This document shows positions 1 through 12,000 of a stretch of 64,000 nt of DNA, piece after piece. The notes beneath the pieces are model-generated. The model was given only the letters and a program-made list of their open reading frames with translations. It was not told the DNA's origin and searched no databases. The position numbers were made by a program, and so were the translations under genes. The first letter of the stretch is position 1, and each line of letters begins with the position of its first letter. Source of the DNA: Toensbergia leucococca (taxonomy: Eukaryota); contig JALDZS010000053.1 in assembly GCA_022813965.1 (NCBI GenBank), forward strand, positions 1-64,000, in the 5' to 3' direction.

Positions 1-63
1 AGAGAGTTGCAGACTTGCCTCAGTTTGTTCTGGAGACGATCAAATAAGTGAAATTCAGCTTAC

Positions 64-2937
64 AACTCTCCCAATGCCATCTGTCCACGAGTGAAAGAAC
101 GAGTCAGGGGGTGACAAAGGAAAAGTCGAACCAAACTGAAAGTCTAATACGAATGGAGCAAGCTCGTATGGGGTGTCTCGCGGTCCAATAATCAATACAC
201 GGAGAAGGTCTAATCTAGATTCCCATGTCCTCACATAGACACCATCGGGTAACGAAGACCCAAGGATGGCGTACTCTTTCTGTATCCGCCGCATCAGGTT
301 TGCAGTCAAGTTTACTGACGTGTTATGAAAGTGGTGATCTAAGGAACTATCCGTCTCCAGGATCGAAAATTGGCTAGGCCCCGTTGAGGAAGCCGTGAAG
401 TGCAGCTCATCTAATTGCTTGCTTTCTTCGCCATCAGCTTTGAGATCTAAGGCGCCTCCAGCAGCGAGATTTTCGGGATTAGCATGTCCTTTTGTATCGG
501 TAGTATCGAGGATAGTCGGTGGTTGGACACTTGATCGATCTATTTCAGAGGAAGCGCATTCGCTTGTCACCAGTTCCTGAGCAGAGGAATCAAGCCCATC
601 ATCTAGTGCAATGGAAGGTGTTGGATTTTCATCCAATTCAGGAGCTTCCTCGTCGGTTGTCCACATCTCATCATCAAAGTCATCCCCTGCTTCGTACTCT
701 CTTCTCTGCTCTTCGGTCATTGGGCCCCACTCATCCGAAGGAATTGAATCTATGTCGTTGGTCCAGTCGTAAGTCTCCCCATCTTCATTAGAGTCTATGC
801 TATCATCGTCTCCACCAACCAGGACTATGACACGCTGTATAGGTACTTTGATATCAAGGACTTCATTCAAAGCCCCTAACCGAACAGTGACAAGGCCGTC
901 CAAGCGAAGATCGATGATCTCGCCAAACCAATTAAGAATAGCTGAATCGCTCGAAGGGGTATTAGTAATGTCGGGAGGCTGCAGGCTCGGACTCTGCTCC
1001 CTCTCTTCCAAAGAAAGTGAAGATCGAGATTGACCTTGACCTTGACCTTGACCCATAGAGGAGAGAAGCATTGAAGAAGCAGTAGATGAAGATATGTAGG
1101 AAGGCGACGGATTCACGAGGACTATGTCCCCCCTTCTTTTGGACAGAGCAGGACAAGTCATAACGTCGTAAAAAGAGACACTGCTATAATTATTGGAAAT
1201 ATTGCCAAATACTGAGCTTGGTAACAGCACACTCCTATCTTCTCCTGCAATCTCGATTTTCGAGTTCTCGAACCATCGCATATATGCAAGTCTTTCACGA
1301 GAGTCAACGGATTGCACGACACCTAGAGTTTGTGCTTGAAAATCGGGTTTTTCCGCATCGCGGGAGCCCTTCATTCGTTGATACATCGTGCCAGAAAGCT
1401 TCTCGTCCTCTTTAAGAATAACAACATCGCCTGGCCATAAGTCATGATCATCAACATTGAGGTAAGGAGAGAGAGAAATAGAGTCCTCCTCTGTGGTTGA
1501 CGCATCCTGCCACTGAACAATGACGCTAAAGTGTGTTTCTCTAACAGTAACGACATTCATGTCGAATCCCTGAGTCATAGTCTTTGGAATACTATCAAAC
1601 TTCCCCTGAGATCGTCCGTCTGAGAGTGTGTTATTCGTACTATACTTTAAGGCCGCGCCAGTCGGGTCCTTGAACCTCATGAAGTCACCAGACGCAATGT
1701 TTGAACCAGGTTGAGATCCGATTAAGCTACTGTTGTTCAAAGCCTTGGGTGTCTTGCTACTGTCGTAGATTACTGCTCCTCCACGATGAACTTCACTAAG
1801 TCTTAGATATTTTGGTGGCTGAGGGTTACTGACTCGGTAGACATTGGGACTTAACCAGGTTACGTCAATCGCTACTTGACGAACATCCACTATGGTTCCA
1901 CGTGGCTGTGCTGCAGGATCGTATGCTCCATATATCCACTTCCCTCGACGTAGATTAGACCTCTTGGTAACCACAGATTGACCTGGATAAAAAAAGCGGC
2001 AGCTCAAATCTTGCTCACGATCTTGGCTACGAGGTATCGATTTGTATCGAATGGGTCCTCGTTTTAACAAGTATAATAGATCCAAAGGTTCCCATGGTTT
2101 TTTCGGCTCAGCATCTCGAACGGCTGGCTCTCTCAATTCATCCGCAATCTCCACAGTAACGAACGTGCCATTTTCCAAGCGAATTGTAACTTCATCTTCG
2201 ATTTCTCGAATTGTCCCAACCCAGTCTTGATAGATGATGTAATTACCAGTAGAGCATTTCTCCATGAATTCTAGTTCTTCCGCAGGGACTTGGTGTATCG
2301 GACTTGCTGCCGGGAATGTCCGAGGCTGTTGGCGACGGAGCGGTAGGTTGTTCAAAGGTTGAACTGTGCATGAAACCGATGTTCTTATTACAGTACCGCT
2401 TTCGGCATCTGCCAACCTCTTCTTGACAACATCGCCGATGGAAAAGGCCCGATCAATCAACAACAATGATTCCTCGGAGATTAGGGCAAAGCCACTGTAA
2501 GGGTGTATGAAAGCTACAAGAACGAAACCACGAGGCGGCTTAAAGAGGAAGGATCAGTGTGTGGTCAATTCCTCATTTCTCTCAGGCTCACCCGTCCAGA
2601 CTTGAAGAATTTATTTTCGATCCTATCAGTCAAGCCGCTATGCTCGAAATAGTCATCCCAATTCTCAAAGGGTTCATTATCCACCTTTCTGACGGGTCAG
2701 CAACACATGTGAGTGTGAGAAATGGATGGAAGTGCTACATCATGCCACGTTTGCTGCAAAGAGTTAGCCTTGAGGAAATTCGTTCATTTGAATAATTTAG
2801 GAGTGGTGAACATACTTCCACCAATCCTAGAATAGAAGGATCAGAAGCCAACGCACAAGTATCTTCAAGAAAGAACTAAACCATCTATGTCAGATAGGCT
2901 TCCAGTATTTTTGAGTGACATGTCGTACTTTTGACAT
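64..2937 (-). CDS. UBE2O-like (E2-230K type) ubiquitin-conjugating enzyme; 3' end runs off the left edge
   Basis: The C-terminal UBC-fold start reads LMRRIQKEYAILGSSLPDGVYVRTWESRLDLLRVLIIGPRDTPYELAPFVLDF. Manual exons: 2937-2929 (MSK), 2875-2816, 2753-2739 (QTWHD), 2684-2592 and 2538-64, all GT-AG and frame-consistent. A further intron starts at 63, so the catalytic Cys exon lies outside the window. Confidence 0.9.
1031..1053. repeat. Coding hexamer microsatellite (TGACCT)x~4 encoding GQGQGQGQ in the E2 gene
   Basis: The tract tgaccttgaccttgaccttgacc is directly visible. Confidence 0.8.
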
Positions 2938-3209
2938 GGTGATGCTATGCTGCATATCATAGTGATGCCGAACTGTTAAGACGCCTGCATAACGATGTGC
3001 TTCGGTATTTCAAAGGTGTGAAAGTGTATGATCGAGCTGAGCAAATCGTTGAGTATCAGAATGCCGAGGTGCTATCAATTCACACTTCGGCCAACGTACT
3101 CGTACACAGCAACGGCATCATATCTCCGAGGCTAATCTCCGTGGTTTGCCCAACCATTTACCAAAGATGTGATCCACATTAAAGAGCTCCATGTCTTGAC
3201 TCAGTAACT
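2938..3209. promoter_or_regulatory. Putative bidirectional promoter between the E2 gene and COG8
   Basis: Only 272 bp separate the divergent ATGs (2937 minus, 3210 plus). Promoter function is inferred from this geometry. Confidence 0.55.
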
Positions 3210-4634
3210 ATGGCAGACCCACTATATGAGCTCCTAGCTCCCTACTTTAACACCACCTCCCCCCCCAGCATTGACGATCCCACAACAACGAAATACCTCA
3301 CACGCCTCACAACCCTCCCCCTCATCTCCCTCCAAGCCACAGAACCCCAATCCCTCTCACAATCCACCCACTCCACCAACCTTTCCCTTCAATCCCTCTC
3401 CGCCCGCTCCACAACAGCCCTGACGGCCTCATCTGCTCACCTTTCCACCCTTCGCACCGCCCTCCCCCACTTCGCATCCTGTACCGCAAACCTCCAAGCC
3501 ACCATCCCCGCCCTCGACTCTCGCGCCCTCGCCTTCTCCTCCCGCTACAGCCGCAGCGCCGAAAATGAAGTCCTTGACCGAAGGAAGACCGCCCTCCTCA
3601 TGGCCAGGAACGTCGACCGCCTCTCCGACATCCTCGAATTACCAACCCTCCTCTCCTCCGCGATTTCCTCCTCCTCAACAGCTCAAAACTCTTCAAACAC
3701 ATCCAACTACACATCAGCCCTAGATTTGCACTCGCACATCAAGCGCCTTTACGCCCTCCATCCCACCTCCCCCATCATTCACTCAATAATGAAGCAAGCC
3801 GAAACCGCAATGCAAGAAATGACCACAACCCTGATCAGCACCCTTCGCTCTCCGACAATCAAACTCGCCACCGCCCTCCGAACCATAAACTTTCTTCGTC
3901 GCATCACCCCCGACCTCTCCCCCTCCCCCAGCATCACCCCAAATAACGAAGGTAGCCTCGGCGCCCTCTTCCTAATTTGCCGTCTCGCCACCCTAACCGC
4001 CACACTCTCAGCTCTCTCCCCCCTCCGCGCCCTCGCTGACCAAGAAACTTCTCGCCGCCAACGAAACGACCAAACCGTCCCCCTCTCCTCAAACGCAAGC
4101 GCCTGGTCCGGCGGCCAGCAAACAGAACGCTACCTAAAGCGCTACATAGAAGTATTCCGCGAACAAAGCTTCGCCATCATCTCCATGTATAAAAGCATAT
4201 TTCCCGCTTCGCCAGACACAGACTCCTTAAGCCCCCAATTCAAACTCGCCAATTTGAAAAGTACCGCTCTTCTCGAGCAGAGCTCCAACAGCGTAGAGCA
4301 AGATCCGCTCCTTCCCCTGCCCTCTGCCCTCTCCACCTTTCCCCTCCACCTCCTCTCACTTCTCACTACAACCTTGTCCCAATACCTCCCCAATATCCGC
4401 GATAAATCCTCAAGAGAAAGCCTCCTCACCCAAGTGCTGTACTGCGCCGGAAGTCTGGGCCGCTTAGGCGGTGATTTCAGCATGGTGATTAGCCTATTTG
4501 CGGGGGCCAATGGCGATGGAAATGAGAATGAGAACGAGGAAGAGTGGGTGGAGGTTATGAAGAAGCATCGGGAGTTGGCAGGGAGATTGGAGGCGCTGGC
4601 TAGTGGTGTTGGGGTGAAGGGGGGAAGGTCTTAA
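3210..4634 (+). CDS. COG8: Conserved oligomeric Golgi complex subunit 8 (Dor1 family)
   Basis: Intronless 474-aa ORF with the motifs LSDILELPTLL, YLKRYIEVFREQSFAIISMY and SLLTQVLYCAGSLGRLGGDF, typical of fungal Cog8/Dor1. Confidence 0.9.
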   Translation: MADPLYELLAPYFNTTSPPSIDDPTTTKYLTRLTTLPLISLQATEPQSLSQSTHSTNLSLQSLSARSTTALTASSAHLSTLRTALPHFASCTANLQATIPALDSRALAFSSRYSRSAENEVLDRRKTALLMARNVDRLSDILELPTLLSSAISSSSTAQNSSNTSNYTSALDLHSHIKRLYALHPTSPIIHSIMKQAETAMQEMTTTLISTLRSPTIKLATALRTINFLRRITPDLSPSPSITPNNEGSLGALFLICRLATLTATLSALSPLRALADQETSRRQRNDQTVPLSSNASAWSGGQQTERYLKRYIEVFREQSFAIISMYKSIFPASPDTDSLSPQFKLANLKSTALLEQSSNSVEQDPLLPLPSALSTFPLHLLSLLTTTLSQYLPNIRDKSSRESLLTQVLYCAGSLGRLGGDFSMVISLFAGANGDGNENENEEEWVEVMKKHRELAGRLEALASGVGVKGGRS

Positions 4635-4940
4635 GAGGTTGTATGGGAGGTTTGCAATGAGCTTAGGCCTTAAAGTGGATTGATGCTTGATGTAAGGTAA
4701 GCGCTCGGAGGAGTTTCAATCGACATGAGTCAAAGTCGTGGGCAAGTTGGTCCGAATATTTCGGGTGGACAAGGTCTGAAAGAATATGCATTACTTCCGG
4801 CGCTGATTTTCTTCAAGTCTAATTATTAGTGTTCAGCACGAATCAATCAAATCTTTGTTAATTGCGAAATACACCCCACCAATTGCACCAAACGCCGCCA
4901 AAAACTTTGCCTAAAAGATCCACACATGAATCCAATTATA

Positions 4941-6071
4941 TTACTCCTCCTCGCTAGACTCTTCGCTCTCATCCTGTACCCTCCTACGCAAATCCACTCC
5001 TCCACCTCCTCCCTCAGCCTGGCTCTCCAGCGCTTGTTCAAATTCAGCATCCAACCCCCCGTCCTCCTCTTCCCCGTCTTCATCCTCCTCATCCAAATCC
5101 CCATCCTCCTGATCTTCATCTTCATGGAACTCTCTGCCCACCTCCACACCTCCACTTCCCTCCTCGAGTATCAAATCCTCGACGTCTTCATTACTGGCAG
5201 CGTCACTGTCGCTCTCCAGTCTTGCAGCTGGGCTGATGGAACTAGCCGCCGACCGTAGCGATATAGGGCCATTGCTTGTGACATTGAATGCGGCGTCGAA
5301 TCGGCGCTTCGGCTTCGAGTCATCTACAATAGTCAGACCACCGTCGTCGGAGTCTTCGTTGTCAGCGTCGGCTTCTTCTCTAGGAGAGGCGGAGCGAGGG
5401 GCTCGGTGGGGCCGGGGTTTGGGTTTCGTGGAGCGGGACTGGCGGCGAGGTGGCGATGGTACAGTTGGTACTTGCTCGGGAGAGGGACTATTGTGCTGTT
5501 TGAGGAAGTGTCGATAGTCGTAAGGGTTGTCCGGGTCGCCAGTCTGGGAGGAGGTGTCATCAAATAGATCTTCTTCTCCTCCGGAGGTTTCTGGAGATGA
5601 GACAGTTGGGTCAAGAGAGGGATATAGAGTAGAGAGTGTTTTGGCACTTCTGGTTGTGGGGGTGGAGCGGAGGTTGAAATTGAGAGTGTCGGTTATGCGG
5701 GTCAGGTTGAAGGATTGGGAGGTTGGGGAGAATATGAGAGCGTGCTCTGTGGAGGGATGATGAGCTCCGGCGTAATTATAACTAGTACTGGTGGCAGTGG
5801 TGAGGGAGAGTGTGTAGTTGTTTGGGTGGGTGAGAGAGGAGTGAATTGTTGTTTTGGTGGGTGTGGTGGGGAGGCTCGGTTTGTGGTTGACTGAGGAATT
5901 CAAATTAATTTTCGATTGTTGGCAAACTCATGAAGGAACATTACATCGGATGTTTGTGTATTTAATTTTTGGGCTTTCGCTGTTGGAAAGGAGGGATTCA
6001 TCGATTGTGACTGGGTATTTTGCGCTTTTAGAGGGGTCGATTGGGACTATATTAGAGGTTACTGCAGCCAT
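4941..6071 (-). CDS. EAF-domain (ELL-associated factor N-terminal-like) transcription elongation protein
   Basis: Exon 1 6071-5945 (MAAVTSNIVPIDPSKSAKYPV...YTNIR) and intron 5944-5891 splice to give IRFNHKP. The segment YNYAG..HALIFSPTSQSFNLTRITDTLNFNLRSTP resembles the EAF domain. The tail is acidic and ends SEESSEEE. Confidence 0.7.
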
Positions 6072-6402
6072 GGTGATGATGCCTTAAATAGCTATAGATG
6101 AAGAGATTGTTTCGCAAAGAACGTAGATCTGTAGCAAGAAGTCTTCTACTTGTGTTGTACAATGAAAGGTGAATTTGTGGGTGAAAAGAACAAAGAAGGG
6201 CGTTTAGTAAGATTCATGATTAAGGTCTGCGGGGCTGATGAAGCCAAGGGGAGATCCCGGGACGTCAATTCAGGTACACAGCGGGAGGGCGCCCTCGCTT
6301 AAGTTGGGCTTGGGACTAGTCCTAGCGTCACCATTCTAGACCGCATATAGCCGCCATAAACTCGGACTTCAATTGGTTGTTAACACCATCACCTCTTTCA
6401 CC

Positions 6403-7923
6403 ATGCGAGCTAGACCATTAATGAGTTGTATCTCAACCCGAACAGCATTATGTTCTCGTCAAACTACTCGTCTTCTAACCTCCGCTGTCAGACATGACCC
6501 TCTGCCCTCCATTGCCCCCAAAATCAACATCAACATCAAACATATCCGCCAAAATCCCGATCTCCATGCAAAAAACTGCACCGACCGTAACTACAGGAAC
6601 CAAGCCCAGTACCCTTTCGAAATAGTAAAATACTTCGAGCAATGGCAGTCCTTGCAACGAAACGGCCGGGCTCTGAGAGAGAAGAACAACAAAATCAGGA
6701 CGAAGCTCTCACACGCCAAGACATTCAGTGGCCGTGATGTTGAGGACGAATCTGCTCCGCAAGATCGAGCGAGCATACTAGAGGAAGCGCGAGAACTGAA
6801 AGCAAAGCTTCTGGAGTTTGAGATTGAAGAAGAAGCCCTTGTTGCCGAGTTGGAAAGGCTAGCTGCCGAGTTGCCCAATCTGACCAGTGACGAGACGCCA
6901 ATAGGAAAAGATGCGAGCATCGTTGGTTACATCAACGAGCACCCCCAACCGGAATCCTCCACCTCCGACAAGATATGGAGAAACCACGTTCACATCGGCA
7001 CCGAACTAGACCTTCTAGATTTCGCCGCAGCCGCCACAACCAGCGGCTGGGGATGGTACTACCTGAAAAACGAAGCCGCCCTCCTCGAACAAGCCCTGGT
7101 CCAATACGCCCTCAGCATAGCAATAAAGCACGGCTTCACGGTCATGTCACCCCCCTCGATGGTCTATTCGCACATTGCCGCCGCCTGCGGCTTTCACCCA
7201 CGCGACCAAAATGACGAGCAACAAACCTACGCCATCCAACAACCCACCCGCGACCTCGAGAAGCTCAAACCCGAACACATACTCGCTGCCACGGCTGAGA
7301 TTCCCTTCGCCGGCCTAAAAGCCGACACTGTCCTCGACGAATCCTCCCTTCCCCTCCGCATTATCGGCCCTAGCCGCTGCTACAGGGCTGAAGCCGGCGC
7401 CCGCGGCCTCGACACGAAGGGTCTTTACCGCGTGCATGAATTCACCAAAGTCGAAATGTTTGGCTGGACTCTCCCCAACAAAGATAGTGCCAACGAGCTC
7501 TTCATAACCATGCTGGCCATTCAAACCGAAATCCTCCGCTCCCTGCACCTGCATTGCCGCATCCTCGAAATGCCTACCGCCGACCTCGGCGCCAGCGCCT
7601 GTAGAAAGCAAGACATCGAGACTTTCTTCCCCTCGCGCCGTGCCCGCAACGACGGCTGGGGCGAAGTCACTTCCACCTCCCTCTGCACCGACTACCAAAC
7701 CCGCCGCTTGAATACGAGGGTCCGGGTGGGCACGGGGGCAAAGGGGACGTTACAGGGGGATTTGGAGTATCCATTCACGGTGAATGGGACTGCAGTGGCG
7801 GTGCCGAGGGTTGTGGCTGCGTTGTTGGAGAATGGGTGGGATGAGAGGGAGGGGTGTGTGCGGGTGCCGGAGGTGCTGTGGCCGTGGATGCACGGAGTGC
7901 AGGTTATTCGGAAGAGGCGTTGA
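6403..7923 (+). CDS. DIA4: Mitochondrial seryl-tRNA synthetase (Dia4-like)
   Basis: Class II aaRS motifs: ATAEIP, SRCYRAEAGARGLDTKGLYRVHEFTKVEMF, GEVTSTSLCTDYQTRRL and TVNGTAVAVPR. An Arg/Ser/Thr-rich presequence follows the ATG at 6403. Confidence 0.92.
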   Translation: MRARPLMSCISTRTALCSRQTTRLLTSAVRHDPLPSIAPKININIKHIRQNPDLHAKNCTDRNYRNQAQYPFEIVKYFEQWQSLQRNGRALREKNNKIRTKLSHAKTFSGRDVEDESAPQDRASILEEARELKAKLLEFEIEEEALVAELERLAAELPNLTSDETPIGKDASIVGYINEHPQPESSTSDKIWRNHVHIGTELDLLDFAAAATTSGWGWYYLKNEAALLEQALVQYALSIAIKHGFTVMSPPSMVYSHIAAACGFHPRDQNDEQQTYAIQQPTRDLEKLKPEHILAATAEIPFAGLKADTVLDESSLPLRIIGPSRCYRAEAGARGLDTKGLYRVHEFTKVEMFGWTLPNKDSANELFITMLAIQTEILRSLHLHCRILEMPTADLGASACRKQDIETFFPSRRARNDGWGEVTSTSLCTDYQTRRLNTRVRVGTGAKGTLQGDLEYPFTVNGTAVAVPRVVAALLENGWDEREGCVRVPEVLWPWMHGVQVIRKRR

Positions 7924-9001
7924 AGGGGAGGGGGGAAGAGGAGACGAGCGAACTTTTTATTTTGATACCCCCATTCTTGCAACGGCCAGCAAACTAGAGC
8001 ATCATTTCTAAATGCGTGTATTTTGCAGCATGCGTAGCAGACAGAGCAATTGAGCTCTTTTCTTACCAAGTCCGGCATTCACCAAACTCACACTTTTGCT
8101 CCTTTTTTTTCAAAAAAACAATTTTGGTCTGAAATTCCCCAGCAGCCAATTCCCCCATTCCGCCACCCCCCCTCCCAGCATCCTAGTACATGATGAGTGA
8201 TCCTCCCAGCAAGCACTATCACGCCCCCCACGCCGCCCTCAACGTGAAAAATCTCAAAATCGTGCAGCGCCCCCCATATATGCAAGACCCAAAATACACA
8301 CCCTCACACCTCGCACATCTCTCGCGCCCTCGAACTCGAAGGGGGGTTCAAGTCTCACTCACCACAAACACCACCCACCTCTCCAAGGCCTAATAGCACA
8401 AAAACAACTCAACATTCAATACAAAAAAACAAAAATCCCCACCAGATCCGCTCTCAAAAAAAATGTGAGATCATGAGTGAAAAAGGGAGAGAGGAGGGGT
8501 GGGCGGGAAAAGGAGGTAACAAAAAGTTCAACCCTTATCGATTTGATGTTATCAAGGTTTGGATTTAAGAAGATGAAGACATAGAGTAGCTAAAGACAAG
8601 AAGAACATAAGACACAAAAGACAGCAGATAAAAGACAAAAGATGAATGAAACCGATAGAAGGGGAATGCACACAACCGGGTAGAAACAGGGTGAGGAGTC
8701 AAGAGTTAGAAGTTCAGGGAGGAGGTGGGTTTTCTTGCGGTTAGGGGGAATGTGTGGCTTTGTATTTTGATCTTTGTTTTGTAACCAATTTACTCGAAGA
8801 AAACTACGCACAATAGAAGAGAACACCCACAAACCTTCCGTAAGAACACCAGTCTAAACATCCTGCAAGAAAGTCGAGAGGGGGTGGCTGTATTGGAAGA
8901 ATGGGGGCGTGGCCACGTATATATCTCATCCAACCAAACCAAAACTAATATATACACATCAAGCCCCCTAATAATCTCGGTCTATGTATATGTACATTCC
9001 C

Positions 9002-12000
9002 TCAAACCAATAGTAAAAATATACAAAACCCCACAATCACAACGCCCCACCCAACTCCTCTCCCAACCCTCCTCCCGACACCCCCTGTAAACCCTTCCAC
9101 CCCCGTCGCCTTGGCTGTCGGCGCCGAAACAGTCCCCCCACCGACTTGGCCAAGTCCAGACATGATCGCAGCCCCTACTCCACCACTCTCGGTACTCAAA
9201 GCTACACCTGACACCCCTAGACTTTCCGTTTTGGTCCCTACCACCAGTACGCTCGAGCCTAGCGAAACAAGTGTCCCGTTAACAGTGATGCCTGGGGCGC
9301 CGGGAGTAAGGGTGGTGCCATCTATGACAATAGCGCTGGCGTCGACGCCAATGGTTTCGCCGTTGATGGTGATGTAAGATGTTGGTGTTGTAGGAAGAGC
9401 GGCTGTGGGGATAGGGGTGCCTTGGCCGTTGACGAAGATGGAGTTTGAGGATTCAGAGAGGGTGAGGCCGTTTATGACGGTTGGGACAAAGGAGGGGAGG
9501 AGGGTGTGACCTTGAAAAATTATGGCACCGGAAGTGCCTGGGACTGGGGTGAGGAGTTGGCCATTGAGGGTAATGGGTTGGGGGGATGGTGCGGCTGTAG
9601 GAATAAGGGCGCCGATGCCATTGACGAAAATGGAGCCAGAGGCGAGGGAGATTGGGATGCCAGAAATGGTAGTTGTTTCACCCTGGGTGAGGATTTGGCC
9701 TTGGAATATCACTGCGCCGGAGGTGCCGGCGATGGGGGTTAGAAGCTGATGATTTACGGTGAAGGGAGATTGTGTAGGAGGAGCAGTAGGCACTGGAGCG
9801 CCTTGGCCGTTGATGAATACGGAGCCTGAGTTGAGGGAAACAGGGACTCCGTTGATGTTAGTTGTTTCGCCTTGAGTAAGGGTTTGGCCTTGAAATATGA
9901 CTGCGCCTGGAGTTGCTGCTATGGGCGTAACGAGCTGATTGTTTACTGTGAAAGGGGTTTGCGTGGGAGGAGCAGTAGGTACCGGAGCACCTTGGCCATT
10001 GACGAATACAGAACCAGATCCGAGTGAGATCGGGATGCCGGAGATGGTGGTCGCCTCGCCTTGTGTGAGTGTCTGGCCTTGAAATATTACGGCACCGGAT
10101 GAGCCTGCTACTGGAGTAATGAGCTGGTTCCCAATAATGACTGGACTTGGTTCGTTGGTAAAATCTGCTGTTGGGATAGCAGCGCCCTGGCCATTGACGA
10201 ATATTGAACCTGCACTGATAGAGATTGGAATTCCATTGATGGCAGTTGGTGCTTGACCGGGAGTAATTGTCTGACCTTGGATGACAACGGCACCTGAGAT
10301 GGCTGCTATAGGTGTGGCTGTCTGACCACCTACGATGATAGGATCAGGTACAGATGCAGCTTGTGCCTCCGCAGCTGTTGGGACGGGAGCTCCTTGACCG
10401 TTCACGTATATTGAGCCGGATCCAATGGAGACTGGTACTCCTCCTATGTTTGTCGCCCCTTGACCTGGTGTCAATGTCTGCCCCTGAATTACTACAGCTC
10501 CTGAAGATCCTGCTACAGGTGTCACAGCTATCCCTCCCACTGAGATAGCGGAAGATTGAGCTGGAGGCGCTGCAGCTGTTGGGATCGAAGCTCCTTGGCC
10601 ATTGACATACACCGAGTTAGAATCAATCGATACCGGCACCCCACCTATCAGTATAGATCCTTGGCCAGCAGTCAAAGTTTGTCCTTGGATAATGACCGCC
10701 CCAGAGCTCCCAGCTACGGGTGTTACGGCTTGTCCGCCAACAGAAATTGGTGCAGGAACAGCTTGGGATACAACCGTCACAGCTGGTGCTGCAGATGGTA
10801 TTGCAACACCTTGACCATTGACGTATACAGAACTAGATCCAATCGCAATAGATGCACCGCCAATCACGGTTGGCGCTTGACCTTGCGTGACAGTTTGACC
10901 CTGTATAATTACAGCGCCACTCGAACCAGCTACTGGAGTAACGCCTTGTCCAGCTACTGTAATCGCAGCTGACGACACCGGAGTATTAATTGGCGTGCCA
11001 GGGTCTTGCCCGGAAGAAGGCACTGCTAGCGTGGGGTCTCCGCCTGTGGAAGAGCCGCCATTTGGATCCGCATCTGCGTTTGAAGTAGATGCAGGCGCTG
11101 GTTGATGAGTCGTGGTGGGGTCCTGTGCTGGGACTGGAATAGGAGTGGAGGATGCAGGGTCGGTCGGCGAGGAAGGATCTGCGGGTGGCTGCGGATCCAC
11201 CTTCGTAGTCGACGACTGTGGAGGTGCTACATGAGAAACTGACTCTACAGTCTGCAACGGGTCAGAATTCTGACTTGGGTCTGGCGGAGAAGATGATTGA
11301 GGGGCAGAAGTTGCTGCAGAGCTCGTAGACTCTGGTAACGGGACAATTGAAGAGCTCGGAGCTGCAGAAGTGCCCTTTACAGGAGAATCTGAAGTTGTTG
11401 GAGAGGGTACCAGAGCCGACACTGGAGTAAGTGCATGTGGAGGGTCTTGTCCCTGAGTCCAGTCTGCCGTACATGATGCCCACTCCGGTCTGAGGTCAAT
11501 TAGCTTCTGAGGGACGGCAATAATCGGGTTGTAACCAGTGGCATTGATGTTTTGATTTGGCAAAAGATTGTTAGTGCCGTTGTTCGGTCCACATGGCATA
11601 TCTGCTGGATTGAATACAAGCGTGGTACCTTCATATGAGCCCGATGGCCCTCCAGGACCACGATTCTGAACTGTGGACAATTCCCCAGGAGCAAAAGCGA
11701 GAGTAGTAGAGAGATTAGTTCCGATCTGTCCACATAGATCAGATGCTTGAACCAGCGGGAACGCTACGTATACAGAAGGGGAAGTACTTGAACATGAATT
11801 AGTACATAAGCTTAAAGGTTTTGATACCCTTGAAGGGTCATTAACTTCACTTACAAGACAAATCCATCGGAATCAGTAGCGTAGACAGCTGATGCCTGCG
11901 CTGGAGGTGGTGTTGGTTCTGCTCGTTTGTTATAACTAGCGCACACTCCGTCATATTGATCGTATATCACACAGGTACCGGAAGGGACTAGGTTGACATC

